Shown: positions 38,861 through 53,007, counted from the whole stretch's first letter. The stretch is DNA of 63,287 bases, filler included, from Octopus bimaculoides (GCF_001194135.2; 6 parts of 5 records of this genome joined end to end with filler, not necessarily neighbours in it); one strand, 5' to 3'. Notes: a model not told the origin generated them from the letters alone. Numbers and translations are program-made.

Positions 38861-39203
38861 TCCTTTTCTATCTCCTTTCACTCTTTTTCTTTTGTTTTCG
38901 TCTAAGCACAATGGACTGGATGCTGCATTTAAATTGCGTGTTGCCTTAAACTATGCCACGTTCCTAGGTACTATCAACAGTTGGACATTGAAGACCTTGC
39001 AGTAAAACAGACTGGAACATCATTAATTGCCCATAACTACATTTTTAGATATGGTATAGCACAGTCTGGCATTACCATTGTTTTGTCCATATAAAATACA
39101 ATTTGAAACTGTATATGTTTTCATATATAAAAATGCTACTAATAATCAGTCCTTCTTCATGTGTGCGTGCGTGTGTACACACACACACACACACACACAT
39201 ACA

Positions 39204-39251
<48 letters not shown>

Positions 39252-39436
39252 AAGGAAGAAAGAGCGGAGGAGGAAGCGTTTAAAAGAGAGTATATTCCTT
39301 CTGATAAATGTTTCCCTATTTTCTACTAATAATTCATCTCTGGATATAAGCTTTTGAATATGAATTTATGTATATTCACAACTAATATTTCATATATACA
39401 AACTCTCTCTCTCTCTCTCTCTCACACATACACGCA

Positions 39437-39517
<81 letters not shown>

Positions 39518-41463
39518 ATATATATCCACATGTACATATAGGAGTGTATGCATGTATGTATGTGTAAATATATATGTATCTGTATATAAATATGTATCTA
39601 TGTACATATATATGTATCTGTGTGTGTGTATATATATATATAAGTGTATGTTTGGGTGTGGGTGTGTGGGTGTGTGTGTGTGTGTCTATGTGCGTGTATG
39701 TGTGCACGTGAGTATGTGTATATTTACATGTGTGCATGTGTATATATTGAAGTATAAACATTTCTGGATTTCTCTCATCTTATTTTTCAAATCCCTTTAA
39801 TCACAGTGTTAGCGAAGATTTCTCCAAAGAAAGATCGATTACCATTGCCGATTCTTGAAGTCAGTTATGATTTAATGATCTGCTAAATTTAATACGCTTG
39901 TCGTCGGGGAAATCTATATGACAGAAGAATATATGAGTTACGTTATCTCGAAAAAATATTTTTCTTAAATTTAAATTCAATTTTGCAATCTATATGTAAG
40001 ATAAAACTTTGATTCATTACTGTCAGTTATATGCGAGGATTTAAACGGATAGACGGAATTTTAGATTCATAATGAAGCCACCATGGTTTCCAAAATTCAT
40101 AGCAGTGACCAGAATCAAATAACGCCTATGTATTTGCATCGGCAAGGAATCAAGGAGAAATAAAATTCTCCGCTGTTGAAATGCTCTCAGGTTAATGGGA
40201 GGTTTCATATTTATGAAATTATATAGTTCAACTGAAATATTCGCATGGATTTTTAATGTGGAATCTAGTGGTTTCTGTTATACCAGTCATCGTTACTAAT
40301 AGTATATATTAAAATATTCAAAGAAAATGTTATATCACTATTCCTCATTAACCATCACACGCAGGCTCGAAGGTGTGTAACAAATCCATTCCATTTTGCT
40401 TAGTTTCTAATTTAAGTCCAATGGTTTTATTTTGAAAACATTTTCTTCGTAGAATTAGCCGAAAAGGTGTAACTTGAATTAATTGGTCTCCAATCTGTTT
40501 CTCGTTGATGTATTATCAATTGAACGCATTACATATTTCCTCGAATTGCTATATTGCACATTTTCCACGAAGGTATCGAGAGAAATGTGATGTAGATATG
40601 ATGAAATAGAAATTTTCTGGTTTGCTACGACATTAAAATAACTGATAATGACTGAAGTAGAATCAAACGACGGTTATTTTAAACTCTCTTTCTTTTCCTG
40701 AACAACATGTCTTTTGTAATATTATGTAAACATTGAAACGTACCTTCTGTTGAAAAATATATCCAATGACTTTACCGGCAATGTTCTTAACATAAACTCT
40801 TGAATAAAACTTGGATATTAAATAATATCATAAACGATATTATTCAGTTTCCAAGCGAAATTTGAAAATATGATTAAAGCAATTTTAAAAAGTTATGTTT
40901 ATGAAATTGCAAACAAGGATATATCTCTTCATTTATAAACAAATTAACGAACAGAATTATTCAGTTAAAAAACATTTTACATAAATATACTTTCCGAATA
41001 TTAATGCCTGTCAAAACAACAAAAATAAGAACGGAATTGTTTTAAAATTATCACTTACAAAATTTCGATGTTAATTAAAATATTATCTTATATATATCTT
41101 ATATATTTTAAATTAAAATATCATAATTATAATATTTGGTGGATGGCATTTTTTCCGAGAATACTAATCAGTTTTGGTCAAAATTGATTCAACACGGAAT
41201 ATATTATTTATTGCAAGATATAGTTAAATGTGTCTATACAAATGATTTACAGAGAAATTCAAGGAAAGAGGGTTATATTTGGGGAGAAAGAGTGAGAAAC
41301 ATGGGGAAAGAGACGTAGAAAGAGAAGTGTGTATAGGGAACGGAAAAGAGAGAGGGAGAGAGAAAAGTGCGATAGAGAGTGGGTGAGAGAGAAAAAGAAA
41401 GGGAAAAAGAAAGGGAAAAGAAATAGGGATAGGAAAAACGAAAAGGAGAGAGTGGGAGCTATG

Positions 41464-41547
<84 letters not shown>

Positions 41548-41849
41548 TAGAAAAGAATTATTCTTTCGAGATTTAATTTACTTTACAACTATTTTGTTTA
41601 AGTATAATTGACCGTACGTTACCCTACACATCTTCCTGCAACTTCTATGTTCTCCTGTATGCAAATTCTTCTGGCATATGTATTCTGTACAAAAATCATT
41701 CCCGATGAATATTTAAAATGAGATGGAATCAGTTAAATACATAATTATCTAAAATTTCTGACTACAAACATGTTCTTTTAAAACATTCATATCAATGCAT
41801 GCATATATGTATGTAACACTATTAATGATAACACAGAGTAAATACTCAC

Positions 41850-41945
41850 CACATTTTGTGGATGGAAACTCATTTTAGAAATCAATGTGAGGAATAATTA
41901 AAATCCAGCGAAGAAAGTGGAGTAAATGAATATATTTAATATCAT
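41850..41945 (-). CDS. Candidate start-codon exon (MSFHPQNV, ATG at 41873)
   Basis: Strong acceptor ttgttctttttatttcatgcag, donor GTG|gtgagt, TAAAATG context; most of the exon would be 5'UTR. Confidence 0.35.
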
Positions 41946-42794
41946 CTGCATGAAATAAAAAGAACAATAATATCTATCGCTAGGAAAACATCTTGGCAAT
42001 GCACGTGTGATATGTATAAGCACTTTACCAAAAAGTGCTTATACAAAACCAACGAGTAATATCACAACATTATCGTGCAATGAGGAACAATGATATTAAC
42101 AGCTGAACATTTATAAACAGGCGGTGAAAATACGAATGGAGAAGAGCAAGAAATCAATAGAAAAATAAACCTCAATATGAATCACTGAAAACATGTGTAA
42201 AGAAATAATTTATTTTAAATGACTATGGAACCTTTTCACGGAAATATCACGTAGAACATTAAAACAGCGAAAATGAGTTCATATTCTTTGTTTTTCGAGA
42301 AACAAACAAATAGTTAGCCGACAAAATTTCACATTCGTTATCTCATGGCCAGCCGAAACTAATTAGAATTACTTAAACATCAATTATACATAGTGTTCCT
42401 TTCTTTTATATCGCTTGAAATGTTCTGCTAGTGTAAATAATTTTACACCATATTTGTTGGTACGTAAAGTGTCAGAAATTCCAATACGATTGACTTTTTC
42501 CGAAGAATATATAAGACATGGTAACTAATGTTGTAACTGAAGTTTTAATAAATTTGTGGAATATATATTGCAGCAGCTGTAAATACAGAATTGCTGTTGA
42601 GGGTATATTTATCGTTGCGTAAGCATCAGGTTTTGTAAGAATCTGTGAAAAGTTATATTGTTGTGAGAGGAGATATTCAGCATATAACTCAACTCCCCTT
42701 TGGGGTACGTAAATAAAAAAAAAAACTTAATAGGACACGCTACATGTTGAGTTGGACAGCCCTGCGGAAGTAACCAGTTTCCAAAAAAGTAAAT

Positions 42795-43020
42795 AATGTA
42801 TTTCGGTTTCAAATTTCGACATAACGCTAGCAATTATGGGTGAAGGTGGAATTCGATTACATCGAACCAAGTGTTCAGCTGTTAATCAACCTCAGAAAGA
42901 AAAAAAAATGAAAGACAATGTGAACTTTCGTGGAATTTTAAATCAGGTCGACAAGGGCGACGAAAACTGGCAAAGCGTTTTGGCTGGTCTGCGAGCGATT
43001 CTGCCAGCTCGACGCCTTAA
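42795..43020 (-). mobile_element. SINE S3, degraded
   Basis: Reverse complement ggcgtcgagctggcagaatcg...ggttcgatgtaatcga...aaatttgaaacc. Confidence 0.7.
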
Positions 43021-43934
43021 ACATCTAAGAGATACTGAAAACAAGCATAAGAAAATATATACAAATATATATATGATTATATATTCACATTTGTTTGTCC
43101 ATTTCAATCTGTAAATATTTTTGGTTACAGTGTGCCAAAGGACAAATATATAACTAGCATTCATCTTACCAAATGTATACACACAAGTTATTGCCAATAA
43201 CATTGCTAGTCTGAAGTATTGACATATAACTTCCAATAAATGTCTTCTAAACTCAACCAATATTATCGTAACACACGAAAAAGGTTTTTCTCTCTTCATA
43301 CACAGAAACTGCCGTAAGCAAGATGGTTTAGAAATTTTGGATTACTCTTACGTTTAAATCTAATTCATACTACGAGGGCTGTGTTATTTCTATTTTTATG
43401 ACCAAATCAATATATGTGCTGCATAAGTATACATTTGTTTAGCATTTTTTCAGAGAGCTATTTAGAATTTTTTAATTCAACATTTCTATGAATATAGACA
43501 CATGGCGTACCATTCACAACATTTCTTGCTCTTCACTATGCCTTTATTCAGATGTATTCATTCAAGGTTTGGAATGCATGCTACTGGTAATAGATGCATG
43601 TATATGCGTGTAGCGTTGCATAACGGCAGCACACATGCAAGTATATAAAAGAGAACGAAATGGAAGAAATCTATGCACATGGATAGGAAATCTTCATGGA
43701 ATTACATTATTAATACACATGAATGCATGGAAAGACATTGGTGTATCTATAGGATAGCATCTTAAATTCCTTAAAATGGAGGCACAAAATGTAGATCTAA
43801 ATGTGCAAAAGAGAAAGATATTCAGGAGTGTTACAGCATGAGTGATTATATATGTTTGACAATCTGAAAAACGGCATCTTTCAAACATTTTAAGGGCATA
43901 CTCAATCGTCCAGATGCAAAGACGTATTCGAATT

Positions 43935-44100
43935 TTATTTTAATAGGTATACAATTATATTGGAAGAATTCACAAAAACAACAAAAGACGAAGACATGTG
44001 GTGTAGACAACAAACAGATGTATTAGTTTAACACTTGGAAAGTGAAAAAGTCTTTAACGTTTCGAGCCTACGCTCTTCCACGGAAAGGAACACAGAAAAA
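43935..44100 (-). mobile_element. Family-B Penelope-type tail with HHR-like fold (44051-44088)
   Basis: Reverse complement ccttt-CCGTGGA-a-gagc gtag gctc-GAAA-cgtt-aaaga; tail homologous to 63157-63287. Confidence 0.6.
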
Positions 44101-44181
44101 AAAAACAAGGAGAGAAAATAAAGAATATATCGTGATGTATATACACGTAGATATATTCTTCTTTACATGTGCATACATAAG

Positions 44182-44244
<63 letters not shown>

Positions 44245-44733
44245 GTGCGTGCGTGTGTGTGNNNNNNNNNNNNNNNNNNNNNNNNNNNNNNNNNNNNNNN
44301 NNNNNTTAATTAATTAANNNNNNNNNNNNNNNNNNNNNNNNNNNNNNNNNNNNNNNNNNNNGTGTGTGTGTGTGTGTGTGCGTGCGTGTGGAGTGTATAA
44401 GTGCATGTGTGCGCACGCGCAAGTATTTATTGAATTGTTAAATAAATTACTTCGCATTTCCAGTTATTTCCAGTATTTTTACTGTAGTCTTTTTTAAATA
44501 TATTTTTGTGTTTCTTTCTTTCCTTTTCGTTCTCTTAGTTTTCTTTTGTAGTGTTATTCTTCTTCTACAAGTTTTACCTATGTTTTTCTTTTTAATTTGG
44601 ATAAATTTTACCTCTTTTAAGACATATGACAATGGAATGCAAAGTCGGAAAATTAAAAAAATCATTTAATCTGACAACCCAATATGCTTGTGTGCATATG
44701 TATGAGTGTGTGTGTGTGTGTTTGTTTGTGTAG

Positions 44734-44769
<36 letters not shown>

Positions 44770-44784
44770 TTATATATCTGGGAG

Positions 44785-44945
44785 TGTATTTGGGCCTGAA
44801 TGCATAATAATCTGCTATGCAATCACAATGTCGTAGGTTCGATCCCATGATGATCGAGTGTTTTTTTTTTTTGCTATTTCTTTGGGTTCGATCCAAGTCA
44901 TGAGATTTTGAAATTGAGGAGACGGAAACTGTGTGGAAGCCTGTC
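44785..44945 (+). mobile_element. SINE head, degraded
   Basis: gtaggttcgatccc B-box; gacggaaactgtgtggaagcctgtcgta end shared with S1/2. Confidence 0.5.
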
Positions 44946-45014
44946 GTATGGTGGGCTGTACTTGTAACACAAAGGTGTAGCCTTTGAACTTAGTCTAAAC
45001 TGTAATAAAAACAA

Positions 45015-45620
<606 letters not shown>

Positions 45621-46284
45621 GCAGACCATCCATTTTAAGAGAGTTAAATGCCCCCTCTCCCTCACCTCACTCAGTATTTTTATTCGTTTGTAATTCTGAA
45701 TGAAGGACTAAAATCTGTCTTCATTTAAAATACTTCATCCATGTTTCACATCTAATCAGACAAGGGTTCATTGTTACTTGTAATAACCTAAACAGACCCT
45801 CGGGCTTTTACTTTCATACAACGTATGTTTAACAAACAACCATTCCTTCAGAAATGCAAACATTTTGGTATCTGGCCAAGCAACATCTGCTAAGCATATT
45901 CAGGAAAATTCGCGGATTCCTCCCTTTATTGCTCTCCAAGCAAAATGTTTACCATTTTCGTTTGGCTACGTAACTCCAAGAATTCTAAGATTCTCATCTA
46001 AACATTTGACTTTCAATTGAAAGGAAGCGGTTTTGATGATGAGAGAAAATTATTGTTAATTAAAGCTCCCATTTTAATGTTGTTTCTTAATCATACAATC
46101 TTAATTGGAATGCGACTGAACAAAATATCACCCACGAAGTTTAATAGAATATATTTCATATCGAGGCAACATGTTTCCATAACTTTTCCCTTACTTGATG
46201 TAAAAATATGGTGCTTCAAGAGACCCGAATTAATTGCCAACGTTTCAAGAATTTTTTTATTACAATAGAAATACTATGAATTAT

Positions 46285-46715
46285 TTCTGCTATAGGCCTA
46301 GAATTTGGTGGGAGGGGATAGTCGCTTATATCTTCTCCAGTGCTCTAATGGTACTTATTTTATCGACTCTGAAACGATGAAAAGCAAAATCGACCTCAGC
46401 AAAATTTGAACTCAGAACCAGTGTCGTCTAAAGGCATAGACATACTGGGCATTTGCTCAGGGGCCTCACGTGACTGGGGGCCTCAATTCTGATCTATGTA
46501 TGCTGTGGCTTGCTGTCAATAAATAATACTACAGAGCCCAGTGAATTGCTTTACCCAAGGGTATCACGCGTATAGGGTCCTAGTTCTGATCTTTGTGTTC
46601 TGTGGCTTGCTGGCAACAAAAAAATGTTATAGGCCCCAGAGCAGTGATTTGCCCGGGTGCTTATAATGTTCTTAAGACGGCCCAGCTCAGAACGTAAAGC
46701 CGGAAGAATTGCCGC
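46285..46715 (-). mobile_element. SINE S3 interrupted by a MITE
   Basis: ...cgacctcagcaaaatttgaactcagaac | gtaaagccggaag... is continuous once 46419-46693 is removed. Confidence 0.75.
46419..46685. mobile_element. hAT MITE with 8-bp TSD CTCAGAAC
   Basis: TSD at 46411-46418 and 46686-46693; imperfect ~15-bp TIRs cagtgtcgtctaaag / cttaagacggcccag; internal ~97-bp duplication. Confidence 0.8.
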
Positions 46716-47479
46716 TAAAAATAAAGCCACAAAAGATACAAGAGTAAAGACCCCCTTCGGTCATGAATGACCATGGGATTGCACCTAGAAAGTTACCCTT
46801 TGAGGCACAAGTCTGGGCAAGATTGTTTTTGGAAGACCAGCTCAAAGAGAATTAACAAAAATACATTTCCTCCCATTCCAATATTCTCGATACGTTACAG
46901 AAGTTTAGCAAACTTTATAAAAATTTAACCGTATTGATTCTCGTATTCAAACAGTGGCACAAAATTCCTGTCCAAAATTCCTAATAATATCACAGATCAC
47001 AACCACTTAGGATCAACAATGAAACAATAGAGCGATATTATCATTTCTTTTTATGCTCAGACACTGTAAAGAATTGTAAAAGAATGATTTAAAATGTTGA
47101 CACAAGNNNNNNNNNNNNNNNNNNNNNNNNNNNNNNNNNNNNNNNNNNNNNNNNNNNNNNNNNNNNNNNNNNNNNNNNNNNNNNNNNNNNNNNNNNNNNN
47201 NNNNNNNNNNNNNNNNNNNNNNNNNNNNNNNNNNNNNNNNNNNNNNNNNNNNNNNNNNNNNNNNNNNNNNNNNNNNNNNNNNNNNNNNNNNNNNNNNNNN
47301 NNNNNNNNNNNNNNNNNNNNNNNNNNNNNNNNNNNNNNNNNNNNNNNNNNNNNNNNNNNNNNNNNNNNNNNNNNNNNNNNNNNNNNNNNNNNNNNNNNNN
47401 NNNNNNNNNNNNNNNNNNNNNNNNNNNNNNNNNNNNNNNNNNNNNNNNNNNNNNNNNNNNNNNNNNNNNNNNNNNNNNN

Positions 47480-47533
<54 letters not shown>

Positions 47534-47534
<1 letters not shown>

Positions 47535-47755
47535 CTAGCGGGACCCGTGAATATTTCACGGAATTATTGGTAAGCCTATTGGGTTTTTTCTGAAAACTTT
47601 ATCCAAAAAACCTGAAAGCGTAGCCTGTGTTGCGCCTTATGGAAAGATAGTCGCTCAGCTTCAATTCATTGAAAGGCAAAAGAAATTGGAATATGATGAT
47701 TACTTAATACACTTTATATATACACTTTATATACTTTATGCACAATTTTATAGAC
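47534..47755 (+). mobile_element. Helitron/DINE-1-like non-autonomous element (tentative)
   Basis: actagcgggacc followed by hairpin ccgtgaa-tat-ttcacgg. Confidence 0.35.
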
Positions 47756-47761
47756 TTAATA

Positions 47762-48846
47762 CACAGCGTTCATAAAGTAAATATTCACTTTTATTTTTCC
47801 ATTTTTCCTATTAAAAAAGAAAACAAAATATCCCATTGAATGATGTAGCAAAAATGATGCAAAACAGGAAAATTAAGATATGTTTCAATGATATTCTCAT
47901 GCAATACATCAACAATAGTACGATTGACCACCACCTTTCTGAATTACTTCAAAAACTCGCGATTTCATGCTCCCAATCAACTTCTATGGTAGATTAAGTG
48001 AAAGCTCTTTCCAGGTCTTCTTTATTGCTGTTTCAAGTCCATCAAGAAATGAATACTGCCTGCTTTCACTGTGTACAACATTCGTGAGGTATCCCCAAGT
48101 ATTCTCTATAAGATTATGGTCTGGACTTCTTGATAGCCATGGCATGACTTCAATCACAATTGCATGGAGGAAATCCAAAGTTGCCTCTGCTTTATGATTA
48201 GGAGCATCGTCCTGTTAAAATATAAAGTTCCCGCTATGAAGCCTTCTTCCTTCTTCGTTAATATGAACCCTGTATCGTGCAGCATTGAAATGGCCATCCG
48301 TGATGACAAGTGGTAGCTTCCCATTGGCAGATATTGCTCTCCACACCATAAGACCTCCTCCACTGGTCTGCTGCTTGTAATAAGTAGAATTTTGTATACA
48401 TTTATTTGCTCAGTAATACTTACAACCGCCGGGACCATCCAAATTCTATTTTTTTCTCACCAGAGAAGAGTACTCTGGTCCATTCACCATCCCAGGTCTG
48501 ATGCTGCCGAGCAAATTCCAATCTAGCAACTTTGTGAGGAGGGGACAATAACGGACGTCCTAGCCGCTTCTGCAGATAGAAACCATGGTTCAAAATCACA
48601 CATTCTTACGGCATGTGTCGAGGTTCCTATTCCTGCTGATGCCTTGATTTTGGAAACAAAAGAGCAGCGTGACAATGGCCTTTTTTACCCATTTGTGATG
48701 TAACCATTGGACGTCCATCAGCATGAACCCTGTTGTAGCCGTCAGGATCTTTCAGAAAATTGTCCACTAACGTTCTACTTCACGGAATCTTCTCGGCAAT
48801 CTTCCTGTTACTCATTCCTTCCACTTTCAGTGCAAGAATTTTCCCT
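47762..48846 (-). mobile_element. Tc3-like (Tc1 DD34E) transposon, degraded; 5' end interrupted by a SINE
   Basis: KILALKVEGMSNRKIAEKI..SRTLVDNFLKDPDGY, PLLSPPHKVARLEFARQH..W..VLFSGEKK..DGP, WLSRSPDHNLIENTWG, SMKSRVFEVIQKGG; collinear with C. elegans Tc3 transposase as recalled; TIR-like TA-cacagcgttcataaagtaaatattcac. Confidence 0.85.
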
Positions 48847-49032
48847 TACTCTTTTACTCTTTTACTTGTTTCAGTCATTTGACTGTGGCTATACTGGAGC
48901 ACCACCTTTAGTCGAGCAAATTGACCCCAGGATATATTCTTTGTAAGCCTAGTATTTATTCTATCGGAAATTTTTGCCGAACCGCTAAGTGACGGGAACA
49001 TAAACACATCAGCATCGGTTGTCAAGCGATGG
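48847..49032 (-). mobile_element. SINE S1/2 3' half
   Basis: cttttactcttttacttgtttcagtcatttgactg...tagtcgagcaaattgaccccagg...tgccgaaccgctaag. Confidence 0.8.
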
Positions 49033-49561
49033 NNNNNNNNNNNNNNNNNNNNNNNNNNNNNNNNNNNNNNNNNNNNNNNNNNNNNNNNNNNNNNNNNNNN
49101 NNNNNNNNNNNNNNNNNNNNNNNNNNNNNNNNNNNNNNNNNNNNNNNNNNNNNNNNNNNNNNNNNNNNNNNNNNNNNNNNNNNNNNNNNNNNNNNNNNNN
49201 NNNNNNNNNNNNNNNNNNNNNNNNNNNNNNNNNNNNNNNNNNNNNNNNNNNNNNNNNNNNNNNNNNNNNNNNNNNNNNNNNNNNNNNNNNNNNNNNNNNN
49301 NNNNNNNNNNNNNNNNNNNNNNNNNNNNNNNNNNNNNNNNNNNNNNNNNNNNNNNNNNNNNNNNNNNNNNNNNNNNNNNNNNNNNNNNNNNNNNNNNNNN
49401 NNNNNNNNNNNNNNNNNNNNNNNNNNNNNNNNNNNNNNNNNNNNNNNNNNNNNNNNNNNNNNNNNNNNNNNNNNNNNNNNNNNNNNNNNNNNNNNNNNNN
49501 NNNNNNNNNNNNNNNNNNNNNNNNNNNNNNNNNNNNNNNNNNNNNNNNNNNNNNNNNNNNN

Positions 49562-49742
49562 AGAGCGGGTGTCGTGCCGTGGGCTTCAGCGAAACAGTTT
49601 TATTTCCCATTGTTCCAGTCCGTTCAGCCATAAATGAGTAACGGCAACAGCTGCGGGTTAACCTTGCGACAGACTGGCGTCTCATTCAGGGTGGAACCTC
49701 TGCTGCTACCGTATATAGGCCATGGAAATGGGATAAACTCCG

Positions 49743-49745
<3 letters not shown>
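49562..49745 (+). mobile_element. SINE S4 fragment
   Basis: ttttatttcccattgttccagtcc...accttgcgacagactggcgtctcattcaggg. Confidence 0.6.
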
Positions 49746-49814
<69 letters not shown>

Positions 49815-50027
49815 CATATATATATATATTCATATACATTCACATGCATACATATGTGTGTGTGTGTGTGTGCATGTGTAACTATATCTTCATATACACT
49901 TAAATGGTTATATATATATACACAAGTATACATATATACCCACACATATATATATGCTTACACACACATAGGAAGAGAGAGAGAGAGAGAGAGATAATAG
50001 ATAGATCGATCGCTCGATAAATAGATC

Positions 50028-50064
<37 letters not shown>

Positions 50065-50066
<2 letters not shown>

Positions 50067-50215
50067 GTGTGGTAAAAGTTTGCCTCCCAAACATATGTTC
50101 CCGGGTTCAGTTTCACTGCGTGGCACCTTCGGTGACTGTCTTCTGCTATAGTCACGGGCCGATCAAAGCCTTAAGAGTGGATTTGGTAGGCAGAAACTGA
50201 AAGAAGCCCGTCGTG
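50065..50215 (+). mobile_element. SINE S1/2 head half (a second copy lies at 50512-50657)
   Basis: gtgtggtaaaagtttgcctcccaaac...ggttcagtttcactgcgtggcacctt...gaaactgaaagaagcccgtcg. Confidence 0.75.
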
Positions 50216-50909
50216 GCGGTCTAATGGTGCAACGCAATCATTGTTGTTGACTGTGTTTTAGTTAATTATGTCTGTCCGGAGTTGCCTCACTTTTGTATTA
50301 TTTCCCATCGGCAATGGCCATAGAGCTAGAAACGCCTCTGTGAATCTGGCAGTGGACAGCACTGGACGGATATGGTGTTTTTACACCTTTTTAACATGAG
50401 AGAGAGTTTTTTCTCCGCGATAACTGATGTTAATTCACCTTTAGAAGTTGAAATATGTCACAAACATGTTTTAACTAACCTAAAGTTCTCTCATATATAT
50501 ATATATATATATTGTAAGAAGCTTGCTTTCCAACCACATGGCTCTAGATTCAGTCCCACTGCGTGGCACCTTGGATAAGTGTCTTCTCCTATAGCCTCGG
50601 GCCTACCAAAGCCTTCTGAGAGGATTTGTTACATTGAAACTGAAAGAAGCCCGTCGTATATATATATATATATATATATNNNNNNNNNNNNNNNNNNNNN
50701 NNNNNNNNNNNNNNNNNNNNNNNTTAATTAATTAANNNNNNNNNNNNNNNNNNNNNNNNNNNNNNNNNNNNNNNNNNNNACCCTCAGAATTACCCAATAC
50801 TATCCAATAGCATCATTATACTTCCATATACTTCAATTTTATATTTATGTGTGTGTGCGTATATATGTGTGTGTATGTGTGTGTGTGTGTGTGTGTGTGT
50901 AGACAGACG

Positions 50910-50954
<45 letters not shown>

Positions 50955-51547
50955 CAATACTTTGATTCAGACTCCTTGGTATTCAGACTCTCTGGTATAT
51001 GGGCGCGCACACTCATCCCTGCGCATGCATACGGTGAGCAGATGCATATGTACACTCACGCACATGTGCGCGCGCACATATACTCGTGTAGTCATGTATA
51101 GCGAGTGATGTACAAGAGGTGAGAGTACGCGGCTAGACAGGAATGGAGAAGTGTTGGGGATTGGGGATTTGCCGTGCTGTCCATGGGGTTAATTTGTAAC
51201 GGTGACCTTATATATATGTGTGTGTGTGTGTAATAATTTAGAACAAACAGTAAAAGCGGGATATTAACACAACGATTCGTCTGATATACTCTCCAGCCTT
51301 CTTGGGGAAATTTCGAACCTGGGTTCTCATTCCTAAGGTATTTTTCGATGTTGTTGTTATTATTATTATTATTATCATTATTCAGGTCACTGCTTGGAAT
51401 CGAACTCGGAATCTTGGGGTTAGTAGCCCGCGCTCTTAACCACTACGCCATATGCCCGTGGGTAATTATGGAGTGAATTTTAGGGCTTATAAATCTAATA
51501 TTTTTCTAACCTTCCTTAATACCTATAGCGAGCTGTAGAGGGTCAGC

Positions 51548-52905
51548 ATGTCATCCACAGAGCCGCTTCCTTGTGGATATAATCAGTCCATTAGCAGGAA
51601 AGTCAATATCGTACCTGAAGAATTCCACACACTTCACAGAATTAATATTCTCATTGAATCTAGATGTGATAAGCTTGTTCACCAGAGTCTAGATGTGAGT
51701 CTGGATGTTATAAGCCTGTTCACCAACGTCCCAACTGATGAAGCACTATCGGTGATACATGAAAAACTAGTGACAGACACCCATCTAAAAGAACGCACTA
51801 ATATACCAATAAGAAACTTGATGGAAATGTTGACCTTCTGTGTAGAAACTACCTACTTCAGTATGGACACTGATATATATCGACAGCCGGAGGGTTTAGC
51901 TATGGGTTCGCCATTATCACCGCTAATAGCCAATTTATACATGGAATATTTTGAAAATTTGGCTTTAAGATCAACACCACTAAAACCAACACAATGGCTA
52001 CGAAAGGTTAATGACACCTTTATAATCCGGCCCCATCGGGAAGATGTCCAAATGCTGTTAGATCATTGAACTCAATAAAGGCATGCATACAATTCACAAG
52101 GGAAAATAAAAAGACAATCAGCTGGCATTCCTGGACGTACTAATAACACGCACCAAGTATGGATTCAGGACATCCGTATACCGCAAGCCGACCTTCACTG
52201 GACGATACATCAACTTCAATTCCCACCATCCATACAGTGTAAAGAGAGGGATTGCTCAGTGTCTAAAACATCGTGCAAAGAATATAAGTAGCGATCGTGA
52301 TACACACCATGAAGAAATAATCAAGTTCAATAACGATCTATTAAGCAACAACTACCCCCAAAAGTATGCTATCCACTCCGATTATGAAGAAGAGAGAGGA
52401 TGAGGCCAATAAACTGTCCACAGTCTGTCTACCCTAAGTGAAAGGCCTCTCCGAAAAGATACAAAAGATATGCGGCCCATATGACATCAGGACAGTATTT
52501 AAAAGTAATACAACACTTCGCAAATATCTCCTTCGAGTAAAACCACCAATAGAAGAGAATATGACTAAGAACTGCGTGTACGCCATCCCATGCAGCTGTG
52601 GTAGGTTATACAAAGGCGAAACATGCCACCCCATCAAAATAAGGGTAGACGAACATCGCAAAGCTGTAACACAAGGAGATATTGATAAATCGGGTATAGC
52701 TGATCATGTATGGAAAAATGGAGACCACCTCCCCCTGTGGGAGGAAGTTAAAATAATAGACAGAGAACACCGCTGGAAAATACGAAAACTAAAAGAAGCA
52801 GCACAAATGCTAGGACACAACAACCTCCTAAGCAGACAGAGTGCAGATATGAGCAGCATATGGGAACCGGTATTAAGGAAGGATGGAAAAATATTAGATT
52901 TATAA
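51548..52905 (+). pseudogene. Penelope RT-GIY-YIG ORF, disrupted
   Basis: SLDVISLFTNVP, YRQPEGLAMGSPLSPLIANLYME, WLRKVNDTF (YVDD mutated), NCVYAIPCSCGRLYKGET..IKIRVDEHRK, SGIADHVW, KIRKLKEA; stops/frameshifts at 52070-52440. Confidence 0.9.
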
Positions 52906-52934
52906 GCCCTAAAATTCACTCCATAATTGCCCAC

Positions 52935-53007
52935 GGGCATATGGCGTAGTGGTTAAGAGCGCGGGCTACTAACCCCAAGTTTCCGAGTTCGATTCCAAAC
53001 AGTGACC
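52935..53007 (+). promoter_or_regulatory. tRNA-derived Pol III-type A/B-box segment inside the Penelope terminal repeat
   Basis: A box TGGCGTAGTGG 52942-52952, B box GTTCGATTC 52987-52995, anticodon-like loop CT-ACT-AA; stems are degenerate; mirrored at 51384-51457. Confidence 0.7.

Noticed and set aside
52935-53007. Functional tRNA gene (anticodon ACT)
   Set aside because: Acceptor, anticodon and T stems pair poorly, and the segment lies inside a retroelement repeat; it is tRNA-derived only
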